Position numbers and translations under genes: made by a program. DNA of 64,000 nucleotides from Gemmatimonas sp. (lineage in GTDB: Bacteria > Gemmatimonadota > Gemmatimonadetes > Gemmatimonadales > Gemmatimonadaceae): NCBI GenBank assembly GCA_965279375.1, contig OZ257156.1:4288001-4352000 (forward strand), read 5' to 3'. The notes under the pieces were generated by a model. It did no database searches. It saw only the letters and a program-made list of their open reading frames with translations, and was not told the origin of the DNA. Shown here one piece after another: positions 40,410-49,613 of the stretch. How positions within the stretch are numbered: position 1 is the stretch's first letter; the number at the start of each line of letters is the position of its first letter.

Positions 40410-41204
40410 ATGCCGATCACACACTATATCGACGACGAAGACAACGACGCGCTGAACCTGATCGTCTACGAGGCCGAGCCGGACCTCATGGGGCTGATCA
40501 CGTCGCGCGAGCAGCAGACGTGGCCGGGCAAGGCCGGCGTCGTCGTCAGTCCAGTTCGGACAACGGACCAGCGCACGTTTCGCTTCGTCTACGACACCCG
40601 CGTCACGACGCCGGCGGCGCGCCTGGCGTTGGTCGACCTCTTGGCGGACAAGTTCTGCACCGGGCTGAAAGAGATTCGCGAGGCGCATTCGCCCGATCGC
40701 GCGATGCGCGGACTTGCGCGGGTCTTTCAGGCCAACGTGCCGCTCGGTCCGCGCCAGGTGAACATCGCACCGCGCGTCGTCGTCGAATTCGCGTGTCCGA
40801 TCGCCTCCAAGTGGGATGTGCAGGCGCAGTCCCGGTGGCTCACGACGACGCCGGTCGACATCCCGTGCGGCACTGTCTCGCACGGAGGCCAACTCTGGCT
40901 CCCGGGGCCGCTCTCCGCCGAAGTGCGCATCAAGTATCGCAACGCGGCGGGCCAGCTCGTCGGCGAGTTGGTGTTGATGCCATCGATTGGCTCGAGCGAC
41001 ACGCTCATGGTCGATCTCTCGGCGAATCAGCTCTGGAAGGTCGACAGCGTCAACGTCTACACCGATGCCTACGCGATGAAGACCGGCGGGCAGTGGTTTG
41101 TGCTGTCGCATCGCTATGGCAATCGCGCCCTCGACGTGTGGGGTACGCTCGAGGTGACCGGCGCGACCGGCACCTACTTCTACCGTCGCAACTGGAGCAA
41201 CTAG
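40410..41204 (+). CDS. Putative distal tail (Dit)-like protein
   Basis: WPGKAG...R.F...SPDR...EFACP pattern reminiscent of siphovirus Dit. Confidence 0.5.
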   Translation: MPITHYIDDEDNDALNLIVYEAEPDLMGLITSREQQTWPGKAGVVVSPVRTTDQRTFRFVYDTRVTTPAARLALVDLLADKFCTGLKEIREAHSPDRAMRGLARVFQANVPLGPRQVNIAPRVVVEFACPIASKWDVQAQSRWLTTTPVDIPCGTVSHGGQLWLPGPLSAEVRIKYRNAAGQLVGELVLMPSIGSSDTLMVDLSANQLWKVDSVNVYTDAYAMKTGGQWFVLSHRYGNRALDVWGTLEVTGATGTYFYRRNWSN

Positions 41205-41936
41205 GTGACGATCCCACTCGCGCCCCCAGATCTCGACCCGACCGAGCTCGCGCTCGTCAGTCGCTGCGTCTACCACTATCGGCCGTCCGATCTGACGGTC
41301 GACATGCTGAACGGCCAGAAAGGCACGTTCACGCGCAACGCGACGGCGACGTTCTTGGACTCCCTGGGCGTGACCTGCACGGCTGGCTACGGGCAGCCGC
41401 GGTTCGAGCCGCGCAGCTTTCTGGGCTCGACGCGCATGGGGCTCCTGTTGGGCACCAGCGATCGGCTCACCTTCGCGGCGGATCTGCGCCCACGCGCCTT
41501 GGCGTTCTGGTTCGCGTTCGAGCAGATCGGCGCGATCGGGGCGGCGGGCACGGGCCTGTTCTCGCTGTGCAACGATGCGGCGACCGGTGCGCGCCTCGTG
41601 CTCGATTCCAGCGGCGCGTTCTATCGCCTCACGCACCACAACGGTTCCAGCTCGATCACCGTCACGCTGGCCGCCGCGCCGGTCAACGGTGATGACGTCG
41701 TTCTATGGGGCTACCTGTACGGCGACGGCAGCGTGCAGCTCTTCCAGCAGATCGGGTCCGCCAATGCGACCAACACCGCGCGCAGCAGTGCGAACGCGCT
41801 GGGAAGCGCGTGGGCCACGGGCGCGCGCCTGCGCTTCAACGGCGTCGGGACTGGCGGCACCGGTAGCCTCTGGCTCGATCGCTTTCGTATGATGTTGGCC
41901 CTCCCGACCTACGCCGAGTTGAGTCGCACGCAATGA
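41205..41936 (+). CDS. Concanavalin/LamG-like virion protein
   Basis: TFTRNATATF...PRFE...GLLL N-terminus plus beta-sandwich-like remainder. Confidence 0.55.
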   Translation: MTIPLAPPDLDPTELALVSRCVYHYRPSDLTVDMLNGQKGTFTRNATATFLDSLGVTCTAGYGQPRFEPRSFLGSTRMGLLLGTSDRLTFAADLRPRALAFWFAFEQIGAIGAAGTGLFSLCNDAATGARLVLDSSGAFYRLTHHNGSSSITVTLAAAPVNGDDVVLWGYLYGDGSVQLFQQIGSANATNTARSSANALGSAWATGARLRFNGVGTGGTGSLWLDRFRMMLALPTYAELSRTQ

Positions 41937-42598
41937 GCTCGATCGCTTCCCTCCTGACGACCGCGCCACGCATCGCCACGTGGCAAGACGCTGAGACGGT
42001 GCTCGCCATCATCGCCGCCTGTGCGGGCGGCCTCGCTACCACGGCGACCGCGGCGCGCTGGGCGTGGCTCCGCGCGATCAAGGTGCGCGAGGCCCGACGC
42101 GAGCGTGATGCGCGCTCGCAAGCGATCCTGACGCGCCTCGACACCCTCGCTGAAGGGGTGGGGCAGATCGCGCACGAGGTCCGGGACAACGGCGGCAGCT
42201 CGCTCAAGGATGTCGTTCGCGAAATCCGGTCGAGTTTGGCCCTCGAGGTCTCAGCGCGACGTGTCACCGAGACGCGCGCCATCTGGGAGCGTCGCGTCCA
42301 ACACGACGGCACCATCGTGCCGGTCTACGTGAGTCCCGAATGGACGCACCTTACCGGGCTTACGCGCGAAGACACCGAGAACGGAGGCTGGATGCGGGCG
42401 ATCGCGTCGGCCGATCGGGAGCGGATCGTGGCGAATGCGATGGAGGCGTGGGACGATGGGCGCATGTTTCAGGCGGAATACGACGTAGTCAATGTGCTGA
42501 CCGGCGTCCGCACTGCCGTGCGCCACCGCAGCACACCCGTGTTGGACGCCCGCGGCCGCATCGTCGGCTGGGTAGGACATCTCCAGCCGCTTTGGTAG
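41933..42598 (+). CDS. Membrane-anchored PAS-domain protein
   Basis: TM segment, NGGSSLKD motif, then YVSPEWTHLTGL...GWMRAI...DRER...AEY...PVLDARGRIVGWVG (PAS_3/PAC). Confidence 0.85.
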   Translation: MSSIASLLTTAPRIATWQDAETVLAIIAACAGGLATTATAARWAWLRAIKVREARRERDARSQAILTRLDTLAEGVGQIAHEVRDNGGSSLKDVVREIRSSLALEVSARRVTETRAIWERRVQHDGTIVPVYVSPEWTHLTGLTREDTENGGWMRAIASADRERIVANAMEAWDDGRMFQAEYDVVNVLTGVRTAVRHRSTPVLDARGRIVGWVGHLQPLW

Positions 42599-42600
42599 TT

Positions 42601-42632
42601 CCTTGCGCTTTTGGCACGGTGTTTCCTACGGT
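42601..42632 (+). promoter_or_regulatory. Conserved phage promoter motif copy 3 (lysis genes)
   Basis: CCTTGCGCTTTTGGCACGGTGTTTCCTACGGT. Confidence 0.75.
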
Positions 42633-42676
42633 TCGCTCGTGTCACTCCACCCTGCAACCCAAACCGGGAGGTGATC

Positions 42677-42940
42677 GTGTCGAAGGCGCGCGCGTGGGCG
42701 TGGTTTCTGTTGGGTGTCCAGATCATCAACGCCGTGGCGTTCGCGCTCACGGCGATGTCGTCGTTTCAGCTGTCGCCGGGCATGAAGGAGCAGGTCATGA
42801 CGGCCAACATTGCCATCGCGTCCGTGGTCGGTGGTCTGCAGGCGTTCGCCAAGTCGTTGAGTGATCGCGATGGCGACGGCACACCCGATCTGTTCGACGA
42901 GGCGCCGGACGATCCCTCGCACGTGGAACCGGTGCTGTAA
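42677..42940 (+). CDS. Putative holin (2 TM) with DRDGDGTPD tail
   Basis: GGAGG RBS; two hydrophobic helices; directly upstream of endolysin. Confidence 0.6.
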   Translation: MSKARAWAWFLLGVQIINAVAFALTAMSSFQLSPGMKEQVMTANIAIASVVGGLQAFAKSLSDRDGDGTPDLFDEAPDDPSHVEPVL

Positions 42941-42941
42941 C

Positions 42942-43483
42942 GTGCCAACGTCGCCGACGTCGCTCGCTGAGGTCGCGGCACGTCCGCGCCGACTCCCGTC
43001 GTGGATTCAGCCGACGGATGATCCGCTCGCGGTCGCGATCGTGATGGCCGCGCGCGAGGCCGTGGGGGAATGCGAGGTCCCGGCCTCGTCGAATCGCGGG
43101 GCCATGATCGACGCCTGGAACACGGAGCGCGGCGCGCCGCTCGGCTCGTACTGTGCGCGAGCTTCGCGGCGTCGATGTGGGCGCAGCAGGGCGCACCAAC
43201 CGCCGGCGTCGGCCACGATCCCTCGTGTGATCGGCTGATGCAGTGGTGCGTGCAGACCTCGCGCTTCAGCAAAGCCCCGGCGCTCGGGGCCTTCGTGTTC
43301 TACGGCGTCCCGGGTGATGCGCAACACGTCGGCATCGTGCAGCGTGTCGCGCCCTACGTCATGAGCATCGAAGGCAACGCTGCGTGGGGCGGCACGTTCT
43401 CGCGCAACGGGGAAGCGGTGATCGCGCGACGCGTCGATCTCGGACGCGTGCTGGGCTACGGGCACGTGCAGGCCCGCAGCTGA
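42942..43483 (+). pseudogene. CHAP-domain endolysin with 1-nt deletion frameshift at ~43152
   Basis: SNRG...GSY in one frame, CASF...HVGIV...IEGN in another; restoring one G gives YWCASF. Confidence 0.85.
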
Positions 43484-43623
43484 TGCGTGACTTCGGCTAC
43501 TTCCCGATCGTGCGGCGTCCGCTGCACCTCGCGCGCTGGTCCGGCGTCGTGCTGGCGGGCCTGTTGGCCGTCATCGTCGGCGTCGAGCTGTGTACGTGGG
43601 CTGCCGCGGCGGTGTGGCGATGA
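43483..43623 (+). CDS. Small single-TM protein
   Basis: TGATG coupling; hydrophobic segment. Confidence 0.5.
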   Translation: MRDFGYFPIVRRPLHLARWSGVVLAGLLAVIVGVELCTWAAAAVWR

Positions 43624-43940
43624 ACCTCCGCGCGCTCGAGGCGCAGCTCTGCGTCATGGACGGCGATCGCCTACGCCACGTAGAAACCGTGGCCGAGGCT
43701 AACGGCGTGCTGTTTCTCTGCCCGCTCTGCATGGCCCATCACCCGGATGGTGTCGGCGTCCACATGGTGCACGTGCTCTTCGCGGAGCGTTGGGTGCCGG
43801 ACAACGCCGTCCCGGGCCCCGGTCGCTGGCAGGCCTCGGGCACGACGATCGATGACCTCTCGCTGATGCCGAGTGTGCATCTCACCAGCCCCGGCGGCTG
43901 CGGATGGCACGGCTGGGTCGTGCGTGGAGACGCCACATGA
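43620..43940 (+). CDS. DUF6527-like Cys/His protein
   Basis: FLCPLC...W...G.T..DLSLMPSV...CGWHGWVVRG. Confidence 0.7.
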   Translation: MNLRALEAQLCVMDGDRLRHVETVAEANGVLFLCPLCMAHHPDGVGVHMVHVLFAERWVPDNAVPGPGRWQASGTTIDDLSLMPSVHLTSPGGCGWHGWVVRGDAT

Positions 43941-44521
43941 CCGCGCCGCGCTATTACCGGCGCCGCCCCTCGATGCTCGCGGATGTCGCGGGCGTGCTGC
44001 TCTTCCTGGCGATCATCATCGGCGCGACGCGGCAGTGGTTGCAGAACCACGATGCGCGGGTGCGCGCTGAGGTCTATCAGGCGGCCGAGCAGCACGCCGC
44101 CGCGACCATCACCCTGCGCCGCGCAGCGTGGCAGCGCACGTACGACTCCCTCGCGACGCTCTCGCGCGTGCGAGACACCGTACTGGTCACGCAGATCCGC
44201 ACCGTGCGCGAACTCGTCACGCGCGTCGACACCGTGCGTGACTCGAGCGCCGTCGCGCAGGCACTGCGCGCGTGCACCGCCCTCTCGGATGACTGCGACA
44301 CGTTCCGCGTCAGTGCGACGCGCGCGCTCGTTGCTGCGGACTCGCTCCGCCAACTCGACTCCGCGCGCGTGATGACACTCGCGGTTGGACGCGCCGCCGC
44401 GAGTGACTCAGTCGCGCGTGTGATCCGCCAACGCAATGCGCGGCCTGGCTGGCGCGTCGTGTTCTCCACGGCGGCAGTGTCCGCCCTTACCGCGTATGTC
44501 GCGGGAGTTGTCACTCGATGA
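43937..44521 (+). CDS. Putative spanin-like protein
   Basis: N-terminal TM, coiled coil with Cys pair, C-terminal hydrophobic segment; in lysis cassette. Confidence 0.5.
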   Translation: MTAPRYYRRRPSMLADVAGVLLFLAIIIGATRQWLQNHDARVRAEVYQAAEQHAAATITLRRAAWQRTYDSLATLSRVRDTVLVTQIRTVRELVTRVDTVRDSSAVAQALRACTALSDDCDTFRVSATRALVAADSLRQLDSARVMTLAVGRAAASDSVARVIRQRNARPGWRVVFSTAAVSALTAYVAGVVTR

Positions 44522-45045
44522 AACGTGCCCTCGGTGCTGCAGCAACACTTGCGATGGCCGCCGTCGTGATCGCCGCTGCGCCGAAGGCTGGCGTGTCGCT
44601 TTCGAACCGTGTCGCCGCGACGAAGGATGCGCGCGTGCTGACCGCAACGATGACGCCCAAGAGTGGATGGGTGGGCCCGTATCGCTGGCGTATCACCGTC
44701 AATGACAGTCTGCGCTGGACCGCGACGGCGCAGCGGGTGGTGGACACGACGACGCTGGGCTTTCCGGTGTGCGTGCGCTACCGCGCGACGGTGTTTCCCT
44801 TCACGCCGGCGCGGGATTCCCTGACGCGCGTGCTCACGCTGTGCCGCACTGGGATGCCGGATGAAGTGGCGCACCTCGACTCGTACCCGGTGCAAACGAT
44901 TCGCGCCAACAAGCCGCCGCGCATCGGCGACTCGACGTCCTACGTCTGCAAGCTGCTGAGGAACAAGTACAACGGCACCGTGCTGTACTTCGATCCGAAG
45001 TGCCGCGATCTCGCAGATGATTTCTACCACGAGCGGCGCCCATGA
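44518..45045 (+). CDS. Secreted protein with signal peptide
   Basis: MKRALGAAATLAMAAVVIAA; four Cys. Confidence 0.6.
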   Translation: MKRALGAAATLAMAAVVIAAAPKAGVSLSNRVAATKDARVLTATMTPKSGWVGPYRWRITVNDSLRWTATAQRVVDTTTLGFPVCVRYRATVFPFTPARDSLTRVLTLCRTGMPDEVAHLDSYPVQTIRANKPPRIGDSTSYVCKLLRNKYNGTVLYFDPKCRDLADDFYHERRP

Positions 45046-45560
45046 CGATCGATTGGGCAGCCGTACACACCGTCGCGCTGAAGCGCGCCCGACGCGAGTC
45101 CGATGATCACGACGAGGCCGATGACGTCGCGTCGATGGTCATGGCGCGTATGTTCTTCTCGGGCACTGAGATCGACGACCCGCAGCGCGTGGCATACGTC
45201 GCCGCACGCAATGCGTTGCTCGATGTGCGCAAGCGTCTGCACACCCGACACGAGCGGCCGTGGCGTGATGGCGATGACGCGGTCGACGAGACGGCAGATC
45301 CGCTCGCCGCGCTGATCGCCGCGCAAGAGCACGCTACACGCCGCCGCGCCCTTCGCTTGGCGCTGCGTGCCCTCTCGCCAGCCGACCGGCAGGCCGTTCG
45401 TCTCTACCACCTCCGGGGCGTGCCGGTGCCCGAAGTGGCGCGCGCGCTTCGGACGACCGAGGGCGCCATGAAGATGCGGCTGATTCGCGCGCGGCACGCG
45501 ATGCGCGCGACGCTCTGCCCCCTGCTTACGAGTGTTTCCTCCTCTTCCTGCCCATCATGA
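45042..45560 (+). CDS. ECF-type sigma-70 factor
   Basis: Region 2 EADDVAS...AARNALLD; region 4 LSPADRQAV.L...EVARAL..TEGAMKMRLIRAR. Confidence 0.88.
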   Translation: MTIDWAAVHTVALKRARRESDDHDEADDVASMVMARMFFSGTEIDDPQRVAYVAARNALLDVRKRLHTRHERPWRDGDDAVDETADPLAALIAAQEHATRRRALRLALRALSPADRQAVRLYHLRGVPVPEVARALRTTEGAMKMRLIRARHAMRATLCPLLTSVSSSSCPS

Positions 45561-46033
45561 CGACACCGACGCCGACCTCCAGTGAGATCCTCGCCGCGCA
45601 CATCGAGCAGCGCAATGCATGGATCTCGACGCAGTTCCAAACACCGGCTCAGGCCGAACCGTACCTCCTCGTGCTCGAGGCGCGCGCCGCTGCATTCGCC
45701 GCGCACGTCGCCTCGATGGACATCGCGCCTGAGATGACTGTCTGGGCGCTCGCGATGGCGCGCAAGTACGGCAGTTGGGTGCGGGCGCACTTCTTCATTG
45801 CCGACTGGATCACCGCGCTGCTGATCGTGCGATACGGCGAAGAGCCAGACGCCGAGAAGTCGACGGATCAGCGCGTCGATGACGATGGCGTGCGGATCTT
45901 CCAAGGCTGGCCGCGCGCCTTCAGCGATGCTGATCTCCAGCGCGCGCAGGAACTCCTGCAGGGCAAGAACTGGTCTGCGGACCTCACGCTGCTCGCGCGT
46001 GACGCGGGCCTCTCGACCACGGAGACCGCGTAA
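45557..46033 (+). CDS. Phage hypothetical protein
   Basis: Coupled ORF. Confidence 0.6.
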   Translation: MTTPTPTSSEILAAHIEQRNAWISTQFQTPAQAEPYLLVLEARAAAFAAHVASMDIAPEMTVWALAMARKYGSWVRAHFFIADWITALLIVRYGEEPDAEKSTDQRVDDDGVRIFQGWPRAFSDADLQRAQELLQGKNWSADLTLLARDAGLSTTETA

Positions 46034-46471
46034 ATGTCGCAGCTCACCGACTTCGCCGAAAACAAGCTCGTCGACGCGCTCTTTCGCGCGCAGACCCTCG
46101 GCGCGCCCGCGACCCAGTACTGGGCGCTCTTCACTGCGGCGCCGGGCGAGACCGGCGGTGGCACTGAGACCACCTACGGGAGCTACGCGCGCGTCGCAGT
46201 CACAGCGTCACTGGCCAACTGGGCTGGTACGCAGAGCAGTGGCAGCACGACCGCGTCGAGCGGCACCGGCGGACAGACCAGCAACAACGCGGCGATCACG
46301 TTCCCATCGCCGACCAGTGGTCCGGCCACGCTGACACACTTCGCGATGATGGATGCGTCGACCGCCGGCAATATGTGGATGTATGCCACTCTCACGGCAT
46401 CGCGTACCGTCAACAACGGCGACGCCGCGCCATCCTTTGCTATCGCGGCACTCACCGCGACGGCGGCGTGA
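46034..46471 (+). CDS. Phage fibre/decoration-type structural protein
   Basis: DFAENKLVD...ALFTAAPGE..GGTE...SYARVAV...N.AAITFP...THFA.MDASTAGN. Confidence 0.75.
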   Translation: MSQLTDFAENKLVDALFRAQTLGAPATQYWALFTAAPGETGGGTETTYGSYARVAVTASLANWAGTQSSGSTTASSGTGGQTSNNAAITFPSPTSGPATLTHFAMMDASTAGNMWMYATLTASRTVNNGDAAPSFAIAALTATAA

Positions 46472-46959
46472 TGTCACCGCTGTTTGCTGTGTTCGACATT
46501 GCGTCCGGTGCGCTCATATCCGTGGGCAGCGTGGTCGCAGACCCGCTGCCAGCAGGGATGGCCGCGCTCGACATCTCTGCGGTGGACATGGCGGTCTCGG
46601 AGTGGGACGCGGCGACGCGCACCATGGTACCGCGTGGCCCGCTCGTGCTCACCGAAATGAGTCGCGGCGAATGGATGGCGCGGCTCGGCGATGCCCGCGA
46701 AGACATGCTCAACGAGCTCCGGATCGACCCCGCCGTGCCCATCCCGATTCGGGGCAAGATCGAACGGCTCTACAAGGTGATGGACCGCCGGACCGGCGTC
46801 GATGTGTCGTTCGCTGAGACCATCGCGGGCGTCAATGCGCTCGCCGCGCTAATGGTGTGGGCGAAATCGGCGATGGGGCGCACGGAAGGTCTGGACGTCG
46901 CTGACGTGCCCGCGTTCGTGGCGATGATGCTCGCGCCCAAGGTGGTACCCGTTGTCTAA
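46471..46959 (+). CDS. Phage hypothetical protein (possible fibre chaperone)
   Basis: Coupled ORF; WDAATR motif. Confidence 0.55.
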   Translation: MSPLFAVFDIASGALISVGSVVADPLPAGMAALDISAVDMAVSEWDAATRTMVPRGPLVLTEMSRGEWMARLGDAREDMLNELRIDPAVPIPIRGKIERLYKVMDRRTGVDVSFAETIAGVNALAALMVWAKSAMGRTEGLDVADVPAFVAMMLAPKVVPVV

Positions 46960-47791
46960 CTGGCCGCTGCTGAACGCGAGCGCGACAGAAAGCGTCGGCC
47001 TTGTGCGCGCCAGCTCACGCGGCACCGACTTGGCCAGCGGCGCCGCGCACACGTGGTCCTCCTGGGTGCAGCTCACCGCCGCGACCTCGCGCTCAGCGGA
47101 AGGGTTCCTCGTCAATGTCGTGTCCTCGGCGGGCTGTGGCCGGATTCAGCTCCTCGAGATCGGTATCGGCGCGAGTGGCAGCGAGGTCACGCTGTTCGGG
47201 CCATTCGCGATCGATGGGAACGCCGGCATCGCCACCGAAGGGCAATCGCTGTTCGTACCGATCCGCGTCCCCGAAGGCGCACGCATCGCGGCGCGGGTGC
47301 GCAACTCGACCGGCAGCAACACGGGCCAGGCGAACACTCGCGTCTCGCTGACCTTGTTCCGTGGCGGTGGGCTGTTCCCGGTCGGGATGCAAGAGACGTT
47401 CGCCGTGGGGTTGTCGCTCACCACGGGCAGCGTGACCAGCACGACGCAGTTGGATTCCGGCGCGACGGCCAACACGGCGGGGGCTTGGGTGGAACTCACC
47501 GCGTCCACGCCGGTCGAGACCCGCGGCTTTTACATCTGTCAGTCGTTCAATGCGGGTGATGGCACGCGCGCCACGTACATCATCGACGTCGGCATCGGCG
47601 CGAGTGCGGCCGAAGTCGTCGTCGCGAGCTTTCCCGTCACGGGCGACTTCACACAGCAAGGCGGCCCCAAAATCCTCGGCCCGTTCCCGTTGCATCTGCC
47701 AGCCGGGACGCGCATCGCGGCGCGATCGCAGTCGAGCAGTAACGCGGCGTCGAGCCGGAATTGCGGCGTCTTTCTCGTTCTCATCGGGTAA
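46952..47791 (+). CDS. Two-domain (internally duplicated) beta-sandwich virion-like protein
   Basis: WVQLTAAT...IGIGASGSEV...PEGARIAAR repeated as WVELTAST...VGIGASAAEV...PAGTRIAAR. Confidence 0.7.
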   Translation: MSNWPLLNASATESVGLVRASSRGTDLASGAAHTWSSWVQLTAATSRSAEGFLVNVVSSAGCGRIQLLEIGIGASGSEVTLFGPFAIDGNAGIATEGQSLFVPIRVPEGARIAARVRNSTGSNTGQANTRVSLTLFRGGGLFPVGMQETFAVGLSLTTGSVTSTTQLDSGATANTAGAWVELTASTPVETRGFYICQSFNAGDGTRATYIIDVGIGASAAEVVVASFPVTGDFTQQGGPKILGPFPLHLPAGTRIAARSQSSSNAASSRNCGVFLVLIG

Positions 47792-47795
47792 CCGG

Positions 47796-48146
47796 ATGCC
47801 AGTCTCTATCGCTGCCAGCGGCTCACAGACCGCGACGCTCAACACCGACCACACGCTAACGACCACCGCTGGCCCCACGGGCGGTGGCGTCTTTCAGTTG
47901 CGCGTGGATACCAACGCGCTCGTCAACGGCGAGACGGTGTTTCTCACGGTGCAGACCAAGACGCGCAGCACGGACGTGACGCGCCAAGTGTACCCGCGTG
48001 CCGTGTTCACGCACGTGCAGCAGGACCCGATCAAGGACAGCCCCGCGATCGCGGTACCGAACGGCTGTGAAATCGTCGCGATTTTGCGGCAGGAAGGCGG
48101 CACCGGTCGCGCCTTCCCGTGGGCGCTGTACCGACTCGACGCGTAA
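47796..48146 (+). CDS. Phage hypothetical (structural-like) protein
   Basis: ORF in operon; GTGRAFPW C-terminus. Confidence 0.6.
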   Translation: MPVSIAASGSQTATLNTDHTLTTTAGPTGGGVFQLRVDTNALVNGETVFLTVQTKTRSTDVTRQVYPRAVFTHVQQDPIKDSPAIAVPNGCEIVAILRQEGGTGRAFPWALYRLDA

Positions 48147-48863
48147 GTGTTCGCGCAAGCGCTCCCCAACCTCAGTGGAGCGCTCCTTGGATCGCTCTCT
48201 CCAGCCGCACAGGGACTCTCTGGTGCGGTGACGTTCGGCGTGACCGCTGCTGGAGCGCTCACCGTGCCGAAGGACTTGGCAGGCAGCCTCGCGATGAGCG
48301 TGACCAGCAGCGGGATGATCGTTGTCCCAAAGGCGCTCGCCGGCGCAATCGCGATGAGCATGACGATGGCGGGCGACGTCGTGGTGCCCAAGGCGCTGAC
48401 TGGCGCGTTGGCGTTGGGCGTGGTGGTGAACGGCGGCATTGTGACGAGTAGCGCGCTCGCGGGAGCCATCCCGCTCAGCGTGTCCGCATCCGGCAGTCTC
48501 AACGTGCCGATAGCGTTGTCTGGTGCGATCGCGCTCAGCCTGGTGGCGAGTGGATCGATCTCGGTCCCCAAGAGTCTCGCAGGCGGCGTCGCGCTCGCCA
48601 TCACGGCGGCTGGGGTGTTGACCATCCCGAAGCTGCTCGGCGGAGCGGTGAGCATTTCGGTCTCGCTCGTCGGAGCGCTGCTCGATACGACGCTGTTCTC
48701 GCACTACGTCGACGGGACGCAGCAAATGATGGCGCGGTACTTCGGCAGCATCGTCGTGCTGTCGAGTCACGAGGGGGATGTCACCGCGGCGCCGTCGTTC
48801 ACCGGAGCAATCACAACGCTCGACCCAACCTCGAGCGTGACTCTTATCGCGGGTGAGCCCTGA
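48147..48863 (+). CDS. Fibre-like protein with ~20-aa repeats
   Basis: About 8 copies of LxGAxxxxxxxxGxxxVPK. Confidence 0.65.
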   Translation: MFAQALPNLSGALLGSLSPAAQGLSGAVTFGVTAAGALTVPKDLAGSLAMSVTSSGMIVVPKALAGAIAMSMTMAGDVVVPKALTGALALGVVVNGGIVTSSALAGAIPLSVSASGSLNVPIALSGAIALSLVASGSISVPKSLAGGVALAITAAGVLTIPKLLGGAVSISVSLVGALLDTTLFSHYVDGTQQMMARYFGSIVVLSSHEGDVTAAPSFTGAITTLDPTSSVTLIAGEP

Positions 48864-49237
48864 TGCCGAACAACATTGCGCCTGAGTTGCCCATCGACAA
48901 CAACGCGTTGATGTGGTGCGAGATCTTCGAGAAGGTACCGAACGGGACGACGGGCACGATCGAAAGCGTGCCGGTCACTGGACGGACCGACATCGTCGCG
49001 TACATCGCCGCGACGGAGCTACTCTCCGATCTCACGCCGATCAACGCGGCGCTGTCGATCCCGCTGCCGCAGATCGGTTCGACGAATCGGTATTCGTCGA
49101 CGATGCTTGGCTCCCTGCTCAAGACGCACTTGCTCGCGCTCGCCGAGCAAACCGTGTACGTACACTTCCGCATGGGCGCCGGGCCCTGGCACGAGGTGGC
49201 GCAGACCATCGTGAAGAACGTGCGAGCGGCTACGTAA
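48863..49237 (+). CDS. Phage hypothetical protein (paralog group A)
   Basis: Coupled ORF. Confidence 0.6.
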   Translation: MPNNIAPELPIDNNALMWCEIFEKVPNGTTGTIESVPVTGRTDIVAYIAATELLSDLTPINAALSIPLPQIGSTNRYSSTMLGSLLKTHLLALAEQTVYVHFRMGAGPWHEVAQTIVKNVRAAT

Positions 49238-49238
49238 G

Positions 49239-49613
49239 ATGGCCCGTCCACCGGCGGTGATCGTGCCGCCCGATCCGATGCTCGTCGTGGATCGGCGCAC
49301 CCCGTTTGTCTGCCACTCGCCTGTGTTGCTCGATGCACAGGGGCGGCCGTTGGTGAACCGCACGGTGCGGCTCGCGCTGTGTGCCGCCGAGGATCCGGCG
49401 ACCGAGATTCACAACACCCTGGCGGGCTACGGCGTGGGCGTCGGCGATGGGTCCTACTCGCTCGCCTTAGTGCCGTACGCGCTCTGGCTGCGCCTCGCGG
49501 ACTTCGCGAACCTGCGGATCTATCTCGTCGCAACGGCCGCGCAGATGGTGCCGGTGAGTCTTCCGCTCCGCGTGGTATGGCGCGCAGACACGTATCCGGT
49601 GGTGCCGGCATGA
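49239..49613 (+). CDS. Phage hypothetical protein (paralog group A)
   Basis: ORF adjacent to previous. Confidence 0.6.
   Translation: MARPPAVIVPPDPMLVVDRRTPFVCHSPVLLDAQGRPLVNRTVRLALCAAEDPATEIHNTLAGYGVGVGDGSYSLALVPYALWLRLADFANLRIYLVATAAQMVPVSLPLRVVWRADTYPVVPA

Noticed and set aside
16796..41639. Long minus-strand ORFs (e.g. 16796-19048, 31330-33345, 33435-35489, 37293-39200)
   Set aside because: Shadow ORFs of GC-rich plus-strand genes with no recognisable motifs
33441..48863. Diversity-generating retroelement or invertible tail-fibre cassette
   Set aside because: No reverse transcriptase, TR/VR pair or invertase seen in the window
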